The notes under the pieces were generated by a model. It was given only the letters and a program-made list of their open reading frames with translations. It had not been told where the DNA came from and made no database searches. Positions 36,734 through 46,611 of a stretch of 64,000 nt of DNA are shown here, piece by piece. Both the position numbers and the translations under genes were made by a program. The stretch comes from a virus (lineage: Duplodnaviria; Heunggongvirae; Uroviricota; Caudoviricetes): IMG/VR virus record IMGVR_UViG_3300033075_001920. One strand, written 5' to 3'. Position 1 is the first letter of the stretch; the number at the start of each line of letters is the position of its first letter.

Positions 36734-37035
36734 TATTTTGTTTCCAAATTGACCGGTGGGTTATTCCCGATTTGAACGGATTGGGTTTTATAGAATTCAA
36801 TTTCCTTAGCAGTCAATTCCCTGCACTTGGATTTTGGGAATAGCACATCTATTAAGCCAAAACCTGTCACCCAGTTTCCAATGTAATAGTCTGGTGTTTC
36901 ATGGGTTGCCACAAGTAAATCTTCTTCGGTCCGACTGATTTCTCCCAGTGTGTGGTGAGCCGTAGTCCCCATCATGTATTTAAGTTCAATGGGAGTTTTC
37001 TGGTTTAATTGTTCTTGAATTTCTTTGTCTTTCAT
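36733..37035 (-). CDS. hypothetical protein (100 aa)
   Basis: ORF. Confidence 0.4.
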   Translation of the reverse strand: MKDKEIQEQLNQKTPIELKYMMGTTAHHTLGEISRTEEDLLVATHETPDYYIGNWVTGFGLIDVLFPKSKCRELTAKEIEFYKTQSVQIGNNPPVNLETK

Positions 37036-37466
37036 GATTTTAAAGTTAAAGTGGTTAAATCTATGGCAAACCCTTTTGGAATGAGATTAAATATATCAAA
37101 CTTTTTAGAAAGAAGCCATAGTGTTACATCTATTCCTCTTTGGGAATGATGCCAATTAATGATAGGTCCTGCCTGAATTTCCGGTAGAATGTTTTTGGTG
37201 GATGTTGAAGATAAATCTCTGTGAAATTCACGTTTTTCCGAATCTGTCATGCTGGATAAAGGTCGGAGCAATAGTTTAAATGGAAGTGGCATTTCATTTT
37301 TATCTTCAATTTGCCACAAGAGATCAATTAAGGGATGTCCGGTCGAAGAATATCCACCCACTTCATCAATATTAATATTGTCAATTTTTCCAGAATCATT
37401 CCATATGATTTTTAAATCAAAAGGAATATATGAAGCGAATTGTTGAAATGTCAGTTTATTTTTCAT
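37032..37466 (-). CDS. hypothetical protein (144 aa)
   Basis: ORF. Confidence 0.45.
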   Translation of the reverse strand: MKNKLTFQQFASYIPFDLKIIWNDSGKIDNINIDEVGGYSSTGHPLIDLLWQIEDKNEMPLPFKLLLRPLSSMTDSEKREFHRDLSSTSTKNILPEIQAGPIINWHHSQRGIDVTLWLLSKKFDIFNLIPKGFAIDLTTLTLKS

Positions 37467-37512
37467 CCCTGTATTATTTTTGATTTTTATTGATTTTAAA
37501 TTCCTTGATTAT

Positions 37513-38055
37513 TTAAGTAACATTTTTTATAAATTCATCCCAATCTTCGATTGTATCAGCTTCTTCACCTTCTATAAAAAGACTTTTTCCACCTCTGCCT
37601 CTAAAATAACAGCAGCCCTTACATCTGTCTATTCCGTGCAATCTTTGAGATTTACAACCAAGACATCCACAGTGAAATATAATATTTGGATTATTGCCAG
37701 ATATAATAATCCCATTTGGATATTGTTCGGTAAGCCATTCAGTTCTATAAGCGTCCGCATACATTTTGTATTCAATGTAATCATCATCAGATAGAAACTC
37801 TATACACCTCATAGGTTTGTCGTAGTTCTGAGTATCAATCCAGAAATGCTTGAATGCTTCTTTTCGGTCATTTGGAAACATAGCAAAGTAGTCAATGTAG
37901 TATATATCCTTCATTTTTTCCTCATACTCTATTTGTGCCGCAATTCTTTCGCGCTCATCAATCTCAAAATGCTTTGTATTTGTTGGCAAATTCTCAACCT
38001 TATGTGTCATGTATATAAGCCATGCAACTACAATAATTGTAATTAATATTTCCAT
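37513..38055 (-). CDS. hypothetical protein with N-terminal TM and C-terminal Cys cluster
   Basis: MEILITIIVVAWLIYM; FHCGCLGCKSQRLHGIDRCKGCCYF. Confidence 0.45.
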   Translation of the reverse strand: MEILITIIVVAWLIYMTHKVENLPTNTKHFEIDERERIAAQIEYEEKMKDIYYIDYFAMFPNDRKEAFKHFWIDTQNYDKPMRCIEFLSDDDYIEYKMYADAYRTEWLTEQYPNGIIISGNNPNIIFHCGCLGCKSQRLHGIDRCKGCCYFRGRGGKSLFIEGEEADTIEDWDEFIKNVT

Positions 38056-38117
38056 TTTATTTTCACATTTGATTGTATTGCTTTCATCTTAAAAGTAATC
38101 TGCATTAAAACATTAAT

Positions 38118-38531
38118 TTATAGGGCTTTTAATCGATTGATTACATCAGCCGGTGTATGGCCATCAAACTCAAATAATGCTCTATCTTTTGCGGGGATTC
38201 TAAACAGATCCCAATCCTCTCTTTTGTAGTGATTAGTTATCTGTCCTGTAGGGAGCATGGCAACCACTACAAACCAATTTTCATCTCCGAAGCAATATTC
38301 GCCGTCAGCATGCCTAACGGATTTATGCACATCATACATTCCGGCTGCAGCCCATTGATTAAAGAGTGCGGCATTATAAACTTTCCGAAACTCATACAAT
38401 TCATCAAACGTATGATATCCGTCTGATATGTCTTTACTTATACAGAACTTCCCAATTACATCATTAACGATTTTGGTATTGTATAGCTTATCTTTCTCGT
38501 CAGATCTTAGTGATATTGGCATTGTTTTCAT
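38118..38531 (-). CDS. hypothetical protein (137 aa)
   Basis: ORF. Confidence 0.45.
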   Translation of the reverse strand: MKTMPISLRSDEKDKLYNTKIVNDVIGKFCISKDISDGYHTFDELYEFRKVYNAALFNQWAAAGMYDVHKSVRHADGEYCFGDENWFVVVAMLPTGQITNHYKREDWDLFRIPAKDRALFEFDGHTPADVINRLKAL

Positions 38532-38684
38532 TTTTTTATCTGGGTTTATGTTTTATATACCGAAAACGATTATTTGACATTAAATCACAAATACTATCAC
38601 AAGTTGAGCGCATCCAAGTCCATTGCTCTAATTGTTTATCCCAAAGTTTGATCCAATCACCCCTGAGTTTTGCAAAATTTGGTT

Positions 38685-38906
38685 TCATTTGATTGTATCT
38701 CCTATTTGATATTTTTTACAGGAATCTTCGAACAAGTGTAAGTTATAGTCTGAATAATATTCATACATACAGATACACGGCATCAGTTTCTTTCTTGGCT
38801 CGAAGGAATACGACTTTGATGCTATAACTTTACCTCTCGGTTTTGGAGTATAACCGCAACCACTGAATACCAAAATTGATAGTATTAAGGCGATAAGTTT
38901 TTTCAT
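38685..38906 (-). CDS. small lipoprotein
   Basis: MKKLIALILSILVFSGCGY signal with lipobox. Confidence 0.45.
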   Translation of the reverse strand: MKKLIALILSILVFSGCGYTPKPRGKVIASKSYSFEPRKKLMPCICMYEYYSDYNLHLFEDSCKKYQIGDTIK

Positions 38907-39142
38907 TATTTAAATGTTTCTTGATAATATTCTCCGCCTTCTGTGAACAAGGTATTATCACCTATATCGTTAGTGCTATTACTAAATCCTTTGTTAAAAG
39001 CATCTATGATAACCTGTTTTTCGGTTGGTAGTTTACGAATAGCGAGTTGTTTACAGTATAGATATACTTGCCTGTTAGAAATAGGACCTCTTTTGGCAGC
39101 TTTATCAAATTCCTCTATTAATTGTTGCAATGGTGTTTTCAT
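38906..39142 (-). CDS. hypothetical protein (78 aa)
   Basis: ORF. Confidence 0.4.
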   Translation of the reverse strand: MKTPLQQLIEEFDKAAKRGPISNRQVYLYCKQLAIRKLPTEKQVIIDAFNKGFSNSTNDIGDNTLFTEGGEYYQETFK

Positions 39143-39327
39143 TTCTTTTCGCTTAAAAGTGTTTCAATTTCAGAATCCGTGATTTGCCCAGTATGGTCGT
39201 AGCCCTTATTAAGGCCGTAAACCAATACCTTTCTTACCTGTTCTTTGGTCATCGGTTTGCCGTTATGGACAAAAGCTCTATATGACTTATTTATCTGGGC
39301 TAATGCCCCTTTGATATCTGCATTCAT
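39139..39327 (-). CDS. hypothetical protein (62 aa)
   Basis: ORF with ATGA overlaps. Confidence 0.35.
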   Translation of the reverse strand: MNADIKGALAQINKSYRAFVHNGKPMTKEQVRKVLVYGLNKGYDHTGQITDSEIETLLSEKK

Positions 39328-39875
39328 TTCAATAATTCTTTAGCTTTTACTTCCATGTCCCGGATGTCTCCATTATTGTTAATAGATCTACCATGTTCAG
39401 CAAGTGCTTGAAAATTATCATAAAAGAATCTTAAACAGGCTCTGAGCCTTTCATTCTCACTTTTTAAAACCTCAAATCTTGCAGACTGTTCTTTCATTCC
39501 TGATGTTAAAGTTTCTATTATAACATTTCTCCCTTCTAACTGTTCTTTTAAAACCTCTATCTCGGAAGGTTCAGCACTTTTCAATGCAGGTTCGATAATT
39601 TCAGAACGATATTTGTCTTTAAGAGAAGGTTCAGCACTTTCTATGATATTACCACTTGAATCTAAAAAGACTTCGGTGTAGCCTTTAGGTGGGATATCGG
39701 AATTATAAGTAATATAATCAGCATTGTCAACAATACCTTCATAATCAATAAACCAATATTCGCCAATTATCGGAGCATCAACTTCCCAAAGATTGTTCTC
39801 CCCTCCCAATTTTTCAAGTGCAGGAATAACAAACTGTTTGTTTTCTTCTGTTACTCTTATGTATCTTTTTCTCAT
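39324..39875 (-). CDS. hypothetical coiled-coil protein (183 aa)
   Basis: C-terminal half heptad-like (LKEQLEGRNVIIETL..ENERLRACL). Confidence 0.45.
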   Translation of the reverse strand: MRKRYIRVTEENKQFVIPALEKLGGENNLWEVDAPIIGEYWFIDYEGIVDNADYITYNSDIPPKGYTEVFLDSSGNIIESAEPSLKDKYRSEIIEPALKSAEPSEIEVLKEQLEGRNVIIETLTSGMKEQSARFEVLKSENERLRACLRFFYDNFQALAEHGRSINNNGDIRDMEVKAKELLK

Positions 39876-39879
39876 GGCT

Positions 39880-40098
39880 TTAATCGTTACGCGATTTTAA
39901 ATATTCAAAAATATCCTTTGGAAATCCGAACCATAATTCCCGGAAACCTTCCGATTTAGCGAACATTATCATACCAATGATGGTGCAGCAAATAAGAGCA
40001 GTGGCGGCAAGCCAGATCGTTAAAAGAATGGAAAGAAAGAATAATTTCATAATTTGATTAAATAAGAAAGTAATTACCCACCTTTGAATAAACAACAT
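39880..40098 (-). CDS. small membrane protein
   Basis: two hydrophobic helices VITFLFNQIMKLFFLSILLTIWLAATALICCTIIGMIMF. Confidence 0.4.
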   Translation of the reverse strand: MLFIQRWVITFLFNQIMKLFFLSILLTIWLAATALICCTIIGMIMFAKSEGFRELWFGFPKDIFEYLKSRND

Positions 40099-40525
40099 TG
40101 TTCTTCAACATCTCCATCCACTCTTCTTTAGAGGCGGTATAATTAGCAAATGTTGTGCAGTTTTCAGCAGCATATTCACAAAGCTTTTCCAGTTCATCTG
40201 CTTTAAATACAGGGCTTTCGGGTGTTCCTTCTGATGTCTCTTCGTATAACTGAATATGGGTTAGTTCCTCTGGAGTATATTTTTTGGTTTGATATCGTTC
40301 TATCTCAGGAGCGTCTCCATTCCACATAGCATAAAACGGGTATTTTTCTTTTGAGGCATCCCCGCTTAACAAATCAGGATGCGTTCCGGCTTCCCATAAT
40401 TGATGGTTATGTAACCACTCATTTAATGCATCGCCATAATATTTATTAAACATAGGGATGTAATTCCCATCACTGTCCTTTGGATGCTCCCATCCTTCGG
40501 GAACTTTTCTAATTATTCTACCCAT
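40058..40525 (-). CDS. hypothetical protein (155 aa)
   Basis: ORF. Confidence 0.45.
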   Translation of the reverse strand: MGRIIRKVPEGWEHPKDSDGNYIPMFNKYYGDALNEWLHNHQLWEAGTHPDLLSGDASKEKYPFYAMWNGDAPEIERYQTKKYTPEELTHIQLYEETSEGTPESPVFKADELEKLCEYAAENCTTFANYTASKEEWMEMLKNNVVYSKVGNYFLI

Positions 40526-40531
40526 AATGAT

Positions 40532-41467
40532 TTATTTTGGGAGTTGTACAATTGCTCCGGAGTTTGGGGAAAGCACAGTAGTAGGATTTACCCCATTCCA
40601 TGTTTTAACTTTTAGATATTCAATATAAAGCGGAGTAAGCTGCATCTGCTCTTTCTTTATTGCTTCCGCGCGTCCGGATGCGGCGATCACAGCCTGGGCA
40701 GAATCTCCTCTGGCTGTGGCTATTTTTCGCAGAGCTTCCGCTGCAGCTACCTTGGTTTGGCTTTCGGCTACCATAACATCCTGTATTGCTTTGGTTTTCT
40801 GAACAATTGATTCTTTAAGGGCATCGGGAGGCATAATATTGGTTCTAAGTTGCGATATCGTAAACCACTTTCCGGTACGTTTTATAGTTTCAGCAATGAT
40901 CGACATTTCAAATAGTTCTCTGTGATTAAAAATACTATCTACGGTCCAGCTATTACTTACATCATTTATAGAGCTGGTAATGGCGGTTTTAAGCCATAAT
41001 TGTTCTACTTCTTTCAAGGGAAGTCTAAGGTTGGAAAACATATCTCCTACCGTGCCCGGAATAAGTGAATAGTTAAAGGAAGGTTTTATAATAGTTGGAA
41101 ATCCACCCTTGGTAATTACCGGCTGCTCAGGATAATCGACATGTTGCTGGAAGATCTGGTATTCGTATAGTTTTGAAAACCAACTATTATAAACCACCCA
41201 TCCGCCTTTTAATTCGTATTTCGAAATTCCTCTTTCATTTCCGGATAAGCGAAAAACTATACCTACACTCCCGGCATCGACTCGTTTAATTGTAAATGGC
41301 TGGATAAATGAAAAAACGATTCCGCCTGAGAAGATGGAAAAGGTGATAATAGCTGCTTTGATTTTTGAGCTTGCGCTGGCGTCAGAATCAGTAAAAACGC
41401 TTAATTTTTTGAAGATGTACCAAACGGTAATTGCTATCGTTAAAAGTACGAAAATTGTAGTAATCAT
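40532..41467 (-). CDS. SPFH/band-7 (stomatin/prohibitin-like) membrane protein
   Basis: N-terminal TM TIFVLLTIAITVWYIF; IKRVDAGSVGIVFRL core; C-terminal A/E-rich coiled coil. Confidence 0.6.
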   Translation of the reverse strand: MITTIFVLLTIAITVWYIFKKLSVFTDSDASASSKIKAAIITFSIFSGGIVFSFIQPFTIKRVDAGSVGIVFRLSGNERGISKYELKGGWVVYNSWFSKLYEYQIFQQHVDYPEQPVITKGGFPTIIKPSFNYSLIPGTVGDMFSNLRLPLKEVEQLWLKTAITSSINDVSNSWTVDSIFNHRELFEMSIIAETIKRTGKWFTISQLRTNIMPPDALKESIVQKTKAIQDVMVAESQTKVAAAEALRKIATARGDSAQAVIAASGRAEAIKKEQMQLTPLYIEYLKVKTWNGVNPTTVLSPNSGAIVQLPK

Positions 41468-41679
41468 TGTTGTGGGTTATTTTTTTTTGGTTTTAAAATT
41501 TCGATTAACAATCCGAGGAGTATAAGACTCACTCCCAGTATAGCTACAGCGCAGCCCATCTGAAGCCAGGTATCACTACTTTCGCTGAAAAGGCTGAATA
41601 GGTAATCAAGAATCATCATCCAGCCAATTAGTATAATGGAAGTGAGCATGATTTTTTTGAAGATGGTTATTTTGTTCAT
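41464..41679 (-). CDS. small two-TM membrane protein (NfeD-like partner candidate)
   Basis: LTSIILIGWMMILDYLF and CAVAILGVSLILLGLLIEIL; ATGA overlap with SPFH gene. Confidence 0.4.
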   Translation of the reverse strand: MNKITIFKKIMLTSIILIGWMMILDYLFSLFSESSDTWLQMGCAVAILGVSLILLGLLIEILKPKKNNPQQ

Positions 41680-41811
41680 ACAGATTTGATAATTAAGTTT
41701 TTTTGATTTTACCGGTTGCTACTTCCTTCTTTGACTTACTACTTGAAATACAATCCAAAATGAGCAGGATCAAAGAAAGGATTGCAACAGTCCTGAAAAA
41801 GCAATTTCTTC

Positions 41812-42204
41812 TCACTTGGCTTTAATAATTAAGGATGATTCGTCTAAGGTAATAGAATACGGCTTTTTGCACGCCGAGCATTCAAATGCTGTGTCGTTAA
41901 AAACAATTTTCATATTTTGAATAGCTTCTTCCTGTCTGTCCACATGATGCGATTCATAAGAAAAGAGCTTCTTCCTTCCGCATATGCAGGTAAATGTCCC
42001 GCCGGCCACTATGGATGATACTTCTTCATTGCTGTATAAGACCAGAACAGAGAGAATAATTCCAGAAAGCAGATCATCGTGGTACTTTTGAGTTTTTTTA
42101 AAAGCCCGGATATGTTCACTGTTGTGTATCTGAGGTATGATTTTTCTGCCGTTGGCAAGCATTGTTCCGTCAGTAGAAACGGAGTAAATTATTCTATTTT
42201 CCAT
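41812..42204 (-). CDS. hypothetical protein with two CxxC pairs
   Basis: CICGRKK...CSACKK. Confidence 0.45.
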   Translation of the reverse strand: MENRIIYSVSTDGTMLANGRKIIPQIHNSEHIRAFKKTQKYHDDLLSGIILSVLVLYSNEEVSSIVAGGTFTCICGRKKLFSYESHHVDRQEEAIQNMKIVFNDTAFECSACKKPYSITLDESSLIIKAK

Positions 42205-42257
42205 TGTAATTGTGATTCAACATTATACCATTGTTTTAATATTTCCAAATAAATTAT

Positions 42258-42821
42258 CTAAGGGTATTGAACAGGGTTTTTTGAGAAAACCAAGATCTTT
42301 CCCTCAAATGAGGGCATATACTTGTTTTCATTAGAATTAAACCATTCTAAAAAATTTCTATGTCCAAGTCCATCATTCTCTGCTAGTTTATTGATTGTAT
42401 CATCGTAATGATCAAAAAGCCATTCGCCTCCATTGAATTTTATAGCATCAAGTCCAAAGCCTAATTCAACCGGGATAATTTGATTAATTGTGGAGCACGC
42501 AAATATCATCTGAGCTGTGCGGTATGGTCTGCCGCTCCAAACGCGTAAAGAAGCCGGTTCTCCTTCCTTAAAACGGGAGGTCCTTCGGATAGTGTGAATT
42601 TTGGTTCTTGTGGTTTCAAAGTCAAGGTAGAGGGAATCAAAAAAGCTGTTAATCTGTTTTAACGAAAACCGGTCGCTATTTTCTTTGATCAGGAACTGAC
42701 GGTATTTTTCATTTATAGGAATATGCAGTCCTTTTAGAACAGATTCCACAAAATAAGTAGATTGGCCAGCCCTTGGATGGTAATGGGGGAATTCCCTGGA
42801 AAATGATAATACCTTTGCCAT
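42258..42821 (-). CDS. hypothetical protein (187 aa)
   Basis: ORF. Confidence 0.45.
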   Translation of the reverse strand: MAKVLSFSREFPHYHPRAGQSTYFVESVLKGLHIPINEKYRQFLIKENSDRFSLKQINSFFDSLYLDFETTRTKIHTIRRTSRFKEGEPASLRVWSGRPYRTAQMIFACSTINQIIPVELGFGLDAIKFNGGEWLFDHYDDTINKLAENDGLGHRNFLEWFNSNENKYMPSFEGKILVFSKNPVQYP

Positions 42822-43123
42822 TATTGATTTGCTTCGTTAAAGATTTTCCATCCTCGATTAAAATGCTCCTGGTTTCTGTAAGCCCAAAATTCCTTAGGGG
42901 AGCATCGAACCCCGTCTTCCATCACATATTCATCCTCTTCCTGTTTTACCCATTCGCCACTAGAAAAATATTCATGAGTAAGTACTTTTCCGGCAAGCAG
43001 AGCTTGTTTTGCTTCTAGCATGTTCATATCTGATAATATTTGTAAGTGGTTATAATTTTTCCGGTAATGTTTGCCCTTTAATCTTCGCATATCTCTGCAT
43101 AAGTCTGGCCCAGACGTTTTCAT
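42821..43123 (-). CDS. hypothetical protein (start uncertain)
   Basis: track ORF overlaps 74 nt of upstream MTase 3' end; an internal Met near residue 33 would remove the overlap. Confidence 0.35.
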   Translation of the reverse strand: MKTSGPDLCRDMRRLKGKHYRKNYNHLQILSDMNMLEAKQALLAGKVLTHEYFSSGEWVKQEEDEYVMEDGVRCSPKEFWAYRNQEHFNRGWKIFNEANQ

Positions 43124-44570
43124 CTTTGAACTTTAAGTGCAGGCTTCCTTTCATATATCCCTTAATTTCAAAGAAACCCCAATCCATCCACTTGCCAAAT
43201 TCAGATTTCTGTTCTACAATTTCAAGTTCAACACCTACTTTGGCAGCCTCCTGCTTTACATGAACCAGCGAATCGTATTTATCTTCGTGCAGGTATTTAT
43301 ATTCTCCCCATGATCGGATAAACTGTCCGTCTTTTTTAACATGGAATGAGTACCTTGTTAAATTGTACAAATCCGGTATGGTGTCATAGTCAATTCCTTC
43401 ATTGGCGGCAATAACCTTTACAAGGTCATTTAAGCGCTGTGCGTTCGAATAAGAACTGTGGGCGGATTTGGCGTACATACGACCTACTTTGTATCCTTTT
43501 TCAGTCATGTAGTCAAGGATGAATTTTTTGTTCAACATATAACCGGAATTGGTTTTCCATCCTTCTACGTTGTAGCGGTTTTCGTGCGTATGGCGCGTAA
43601 AGTTATCGACGGCCTCTTCCAAAGCTTTATTAAAAATCTGGTCTTTGGTCCCACGGATAATATCAAACATTTTGTAGATATTTCTCATAGTGAAAGGGAT
43701 TTGAGTCTGAGTTTCTACAAACTTATTGATTTCACCAATTACACCAGCAGTGAGATACTTAGACATATTCATTTCATTGAATAAATGCTCCCATGCTTTC
43801 TTCTGAAGTGCTTTTTTAAACTCGTCATGCGTACATACAGTATCGTTGTACCCAACTTGGAAGGTAAAACCACCCACGCCGAAAGGAGCGGTATACTTGT
43901 TCATTTTTTTATTTAATTCCAAATGCTCATCAAAGCACTTTACAGAGCCGATATATCTTTGGACAATATCACGAACATAATTGTATTTCATGATTCCTTC
44001 CCTTGCCGGTCCTTCGGGTTCTTCCTCGAGAAAAAATCCATCAAATTCATTGTTTTCATCTGCAGGCTTGAATAAGCGTATTAAGCCGACATGGACATCG
44101 GTACTGCGCTCAGCATCTGAAAAGGGATTACCTAAGTTTTCAAGACTTCCATATGATTCAATAATTGGAAACAGTTCCTGTGCTGCAGTTCTATACTGGT
44201 TTTTAATGCTGCTATGGTTTACCAGTGAAACAATTTCACATCCTGCAGGAGCAATCTTCCATGCATGCAAAATATGGGCGCAATCGTTGGAAAAAGGAGG
44301 ATTCATAACTATAGCCCCAATATGGCTTACTTCATTAGGAACTACCTGTAAAAAGTCGTTTTTCAAAAACTGAGCTTTACTACTGATAATTTTAGCAAGA
44401 TCCATATGAATTTCACAAGCCAAAACTTTTGCCCCATAGCTTTTAAGCACATCTACAATGTTACCTTTACCGGCTGATGGCTCTAAAACAGTTTTACCAT
44501 TTACGTCCATTCCATGCAGCATTGTATGTATGGTATTTTCGGGGGTTGGATAGAAATCTGAATTAAACAT
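43050..44570 (-). CDS. N6-adenine DNA methyltransferase (gamma-class) with C-terminal extension
   Basis: DFYPTP, LEPSAGKGN (motif I), VMNPPF (motif IV NPPF); 506 aa. Confidence 0.75.
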   Translation of the reverse strand: MFNSDFYPTPENTIHTMLHGMDVNGKTVLEPSAGKGNIVDVLKSYGAKVLACEIHMDLAKIISSKAQFLKNDFLQVVPNEVSHIGAIVMNPPFSNDCAHILHAWKIAPAGCEIVSLVNHSSIKNQYRTAAQELFPIIESYGSLENLGNPFSDAERSTDVHVGLIRLFKPADENNEFDGFFLEEEPEGPAREGIMKYNYVRDIVQRYIGSVKCFDEHLELNKKMNKYTAPFGVGGFTFQVGYNDTVCTHDEFKKALQKKAWEHLFNEMNMSKYLTAGVIGEINKFVETQTQIPFTMRNIYKMFDIIRGTKDQIFNKALEEAVDNFTRHTHENRYNVEGWKTNSGYMLNKKFILDYMTEKGYKVGRMYAKSAHSSYSNAQRLNDLVKVIAANEGIDYDTIPDLYNLTRYSFHVKKDGQFIRSWGEYKYLHEDKYDSLVHVKQEAAKVGVELEIVEQKSEFGKWMDWGFFEIKGYMKGSLHLKFKDENVWARLMQRYAKIKGQTLPEKL

Positions 44571-44776
44571 GCAACAAAATTAAAGTTATTTTACAAAATA
44601 ACAATAAATATTTTCATAAAATTGGTAAAATGCAGAAAATCAGCAATAAAAAATAAATACATGAATAAAATACGTAGTATTAAGTAAATATTAACCGGAT
44701 ATACCTTTTTAATATTTTTTTTATTGTGAACAAATATTATGTAATTTGTAATATATAAGCAATTAAAACTTACACA

Positions 44777-45445
44777 GTGATGGAAAAAATAGATATAAAA
44801 AAAGATTTTGTAATATCAAATCTATTCCGAAAATACAAAAGGGAACTTGATGAACAAAAAATATCGACTAAGGGATTAAGAAAATCATTAGAACTTATCG
44901 GAGATGGTGAAATAATTGAAAAATCGGAATACAATATCGAGGGTGATAATTTAATGTATAAAGAATTTTCTAAGGATCAAACAAAAATATTTGTTGTTCA
45001 TGCGCAAATTGCGAGAAGTCCTTATGGTGGGCCATTCGGATATGCTTATGAAATAGGTGTTTATTTAAATGATCCAAGCACTATTCAGATAGGTGGTGGT
45101 TATGGGACGTCGGGAATAATTCAAATAAAACATACCAGTCTATTTGCAAAAGGTTTTGGAGATGAAGTTTATTTTAATGAAAATATCATTTCAAAGGTTT
45201 GTGATGTTATTAAAGATTACTTTGATTTTTCAATTAAAATGAGTCAAGGTGGATCAATAGGAAATAAAGGTACATTTAAATCGCTTGGCTCAGCAAAAGA
45301 ATTAGGAATAAAACCAGATATTAAATCGCATGATATGATTGCTATCTGTGATTGCGGGGGAAAATTCAGCTATCAAAATTCAAAGAAAAATATACCCTGG
45401 CAATGCCCCGAATGTAACAAAATAAAACGGATTAAAACTGTTTAA
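44777..45445 (+). CDS. hypothetical protein with C-terminal zinc ribbon
   Basis: lone plus-strand gene after 200-bp AT-rich divergent spacer; CDCGGKFSY...CPECNK. Confidence 0.45.
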   Translation: MMEKIDIKKDFVISNLFRKYKRELDEQKISTKGLRKSLELIGDGEIIEKSEYNIEGDNLMYKEFSKDQTKIFVVHAQIARSPYGGPFGYAYEIGVYLNDPSTIQIGGGYGTSGIIQIKHTSLFAKGFGDEVYFNENIISKVCDVIKDYFDFSIKMSQGGSIGNKGTFKSLGSAKELGIKPDIKSHDMIAICDCGGKFSYQNSKKNIPWQCPECNKIKRIKTV

Positions 45446-45498
45446 ATTTACTGAGAGAGGTTTTTCTGATAGGATACTATTGGCATACCAAATAATTT

Positions 45499-45765
45499 TT
45501 ATAGAAGTTCAATCGCTTTTACAATCATACTCTCGTATTCTGAAATATCGGTATCCGGTTGATCGTTTAGAGTTTGATTAGGATTTGCCTTCAATTCATC
45601 GTGCATGACATGAGCTTGTGGAGGATTTTTACTCTTCCAGGACTCAATAGCACCAAGCTCGGTCTTAAGCATATTTTTTGCTAAGTCCGGTCCATATTTC
45701 TTCCGCATAAAGCTTGATAACTCCTCGGCGGAATGAAACATCACAAATATTTCTGGTTTATACAT
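45499..45765 (-). CDS. hypothetical protein (88 aa)
   Basis: ORF. Confidence 0.4.
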   Translation of the reverse strand: MYKPEIFVMFHSAEELSSFMRKKYGPDLAKNMLKTELGAIESWKSKNPPQAHVMHDELKANPNQTLNDQPDTDISEYESMIVKAIELL

Positions 45766-46360
45766 AAAGTCTTTGTATTATATCGATTCCATAAAAAACA
45801 TGATCACCTCTCTGCAGTGGAAGTGTACCTGGGAGATAAAGTGGATGAGCTGGTGAACCGTCGCTGTTGAGTTTGATATGAAATCCATCCGGGAAATTTG
45901 ATTTCAACCATTTGTCTTTTTTAAACTGTGCTCCATCCTTTCCCCAAGCGTACACGACGCAGGCAGAATCTTTAGCCATTTCCTTTAAATAGAACAAATT
46001 TTGCTCCACAATTTCAACGGTTTCACTTTGAGCGTATTGCGAAAATAATTCTTTCGGGTTTGGAGTTCTGAAAGTCCATAAATTACCAACATAGAACCCG
46101 CCGGCCTTCCAGTATTTTGAAAAAGAGATAAGTCTTCTTATAGTAGCATCATTGATATTGTGGGAAGCGGTCGAAGGATTAAGCATTACAAAAAGAATCT
46201 TTGGCCTGTCATCCCAGTAGCGATACAAGGTATATCGGTGGGACATATCTTCGGAAAATGTTGCACTGGACAAAATCTTTCCATTTTGATCGTTGGTACT
46301 GAGTGTTTTGGTTTTTAACCAAGCTCTGTCTTGTATCATTTCATTCATAATTTTTGCCAT
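45758..46360 (-). CDS. DUF1643-like protein
   Basis: FVMLNPSTAS....ND.T..R......GNLWTFRTPNPKEL pattern recalled for DUF1643. Confidence 0.45.
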   Translation of the reverse strand: MAKIMNEMIQDRAWLKTKTLSTNDQNGKILSSATFSEDMSHRYTLYRYWDDRPKILFVMLNPSTASHNINDATIRRLISFSKYWKAGGFYVGNLWTFRTPNPKELFSQYAQSETVEIVEQNLFYLKEMAKDSACVVYAWGKDGAQFKKDKWLKSNFPDGFHIKLNSDGSPAHPLYLPGTLPLQRGDHVFYGIDIIQRLYV

Positions 46361-46611
46361 GCCATTCCGTTCCAGGTATGTTTTATACCCTGAACAATTT
46401 TTTCACTTACTCCGGATATTAATTCTTCGGTTGTTTCGTTAACTATATTTTGAATTCTGTAGCCATGATTGTAATATTTAGGATCATCGCATACGGTCTC
46501 GAGTTTCTGTTTTGCAATAAACTTATCAGGAGCCTCAATGGTAATTGGCTTTTCAATATCCTTAAAAAAAAATTTATACCGGTTCATTCTATTTAAAAAG
46601 CGGGTGTCCAT
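46345..46611 (-). CDS. hypothetical protein (88 aa)
   Basis: ORF. Confidence 0.4.
   Translation of the reverse strand: MDTRFLNRMNRYKFFFKDIEKPITIEAPDKFIAKQKLETVCDDPKYYNHGYRIQNIVNETTEELISGVSEKIVQGIKHTWNGMAWQKL

Noticed and set aside
37480-37794. Plus-strand ORF of 104 aa
   Set aside because: Antisense to the minus-strand gene 37513-38055 within a uniformly minus-strand block; F/I-rich translation typical of AT-rich antisense frames.
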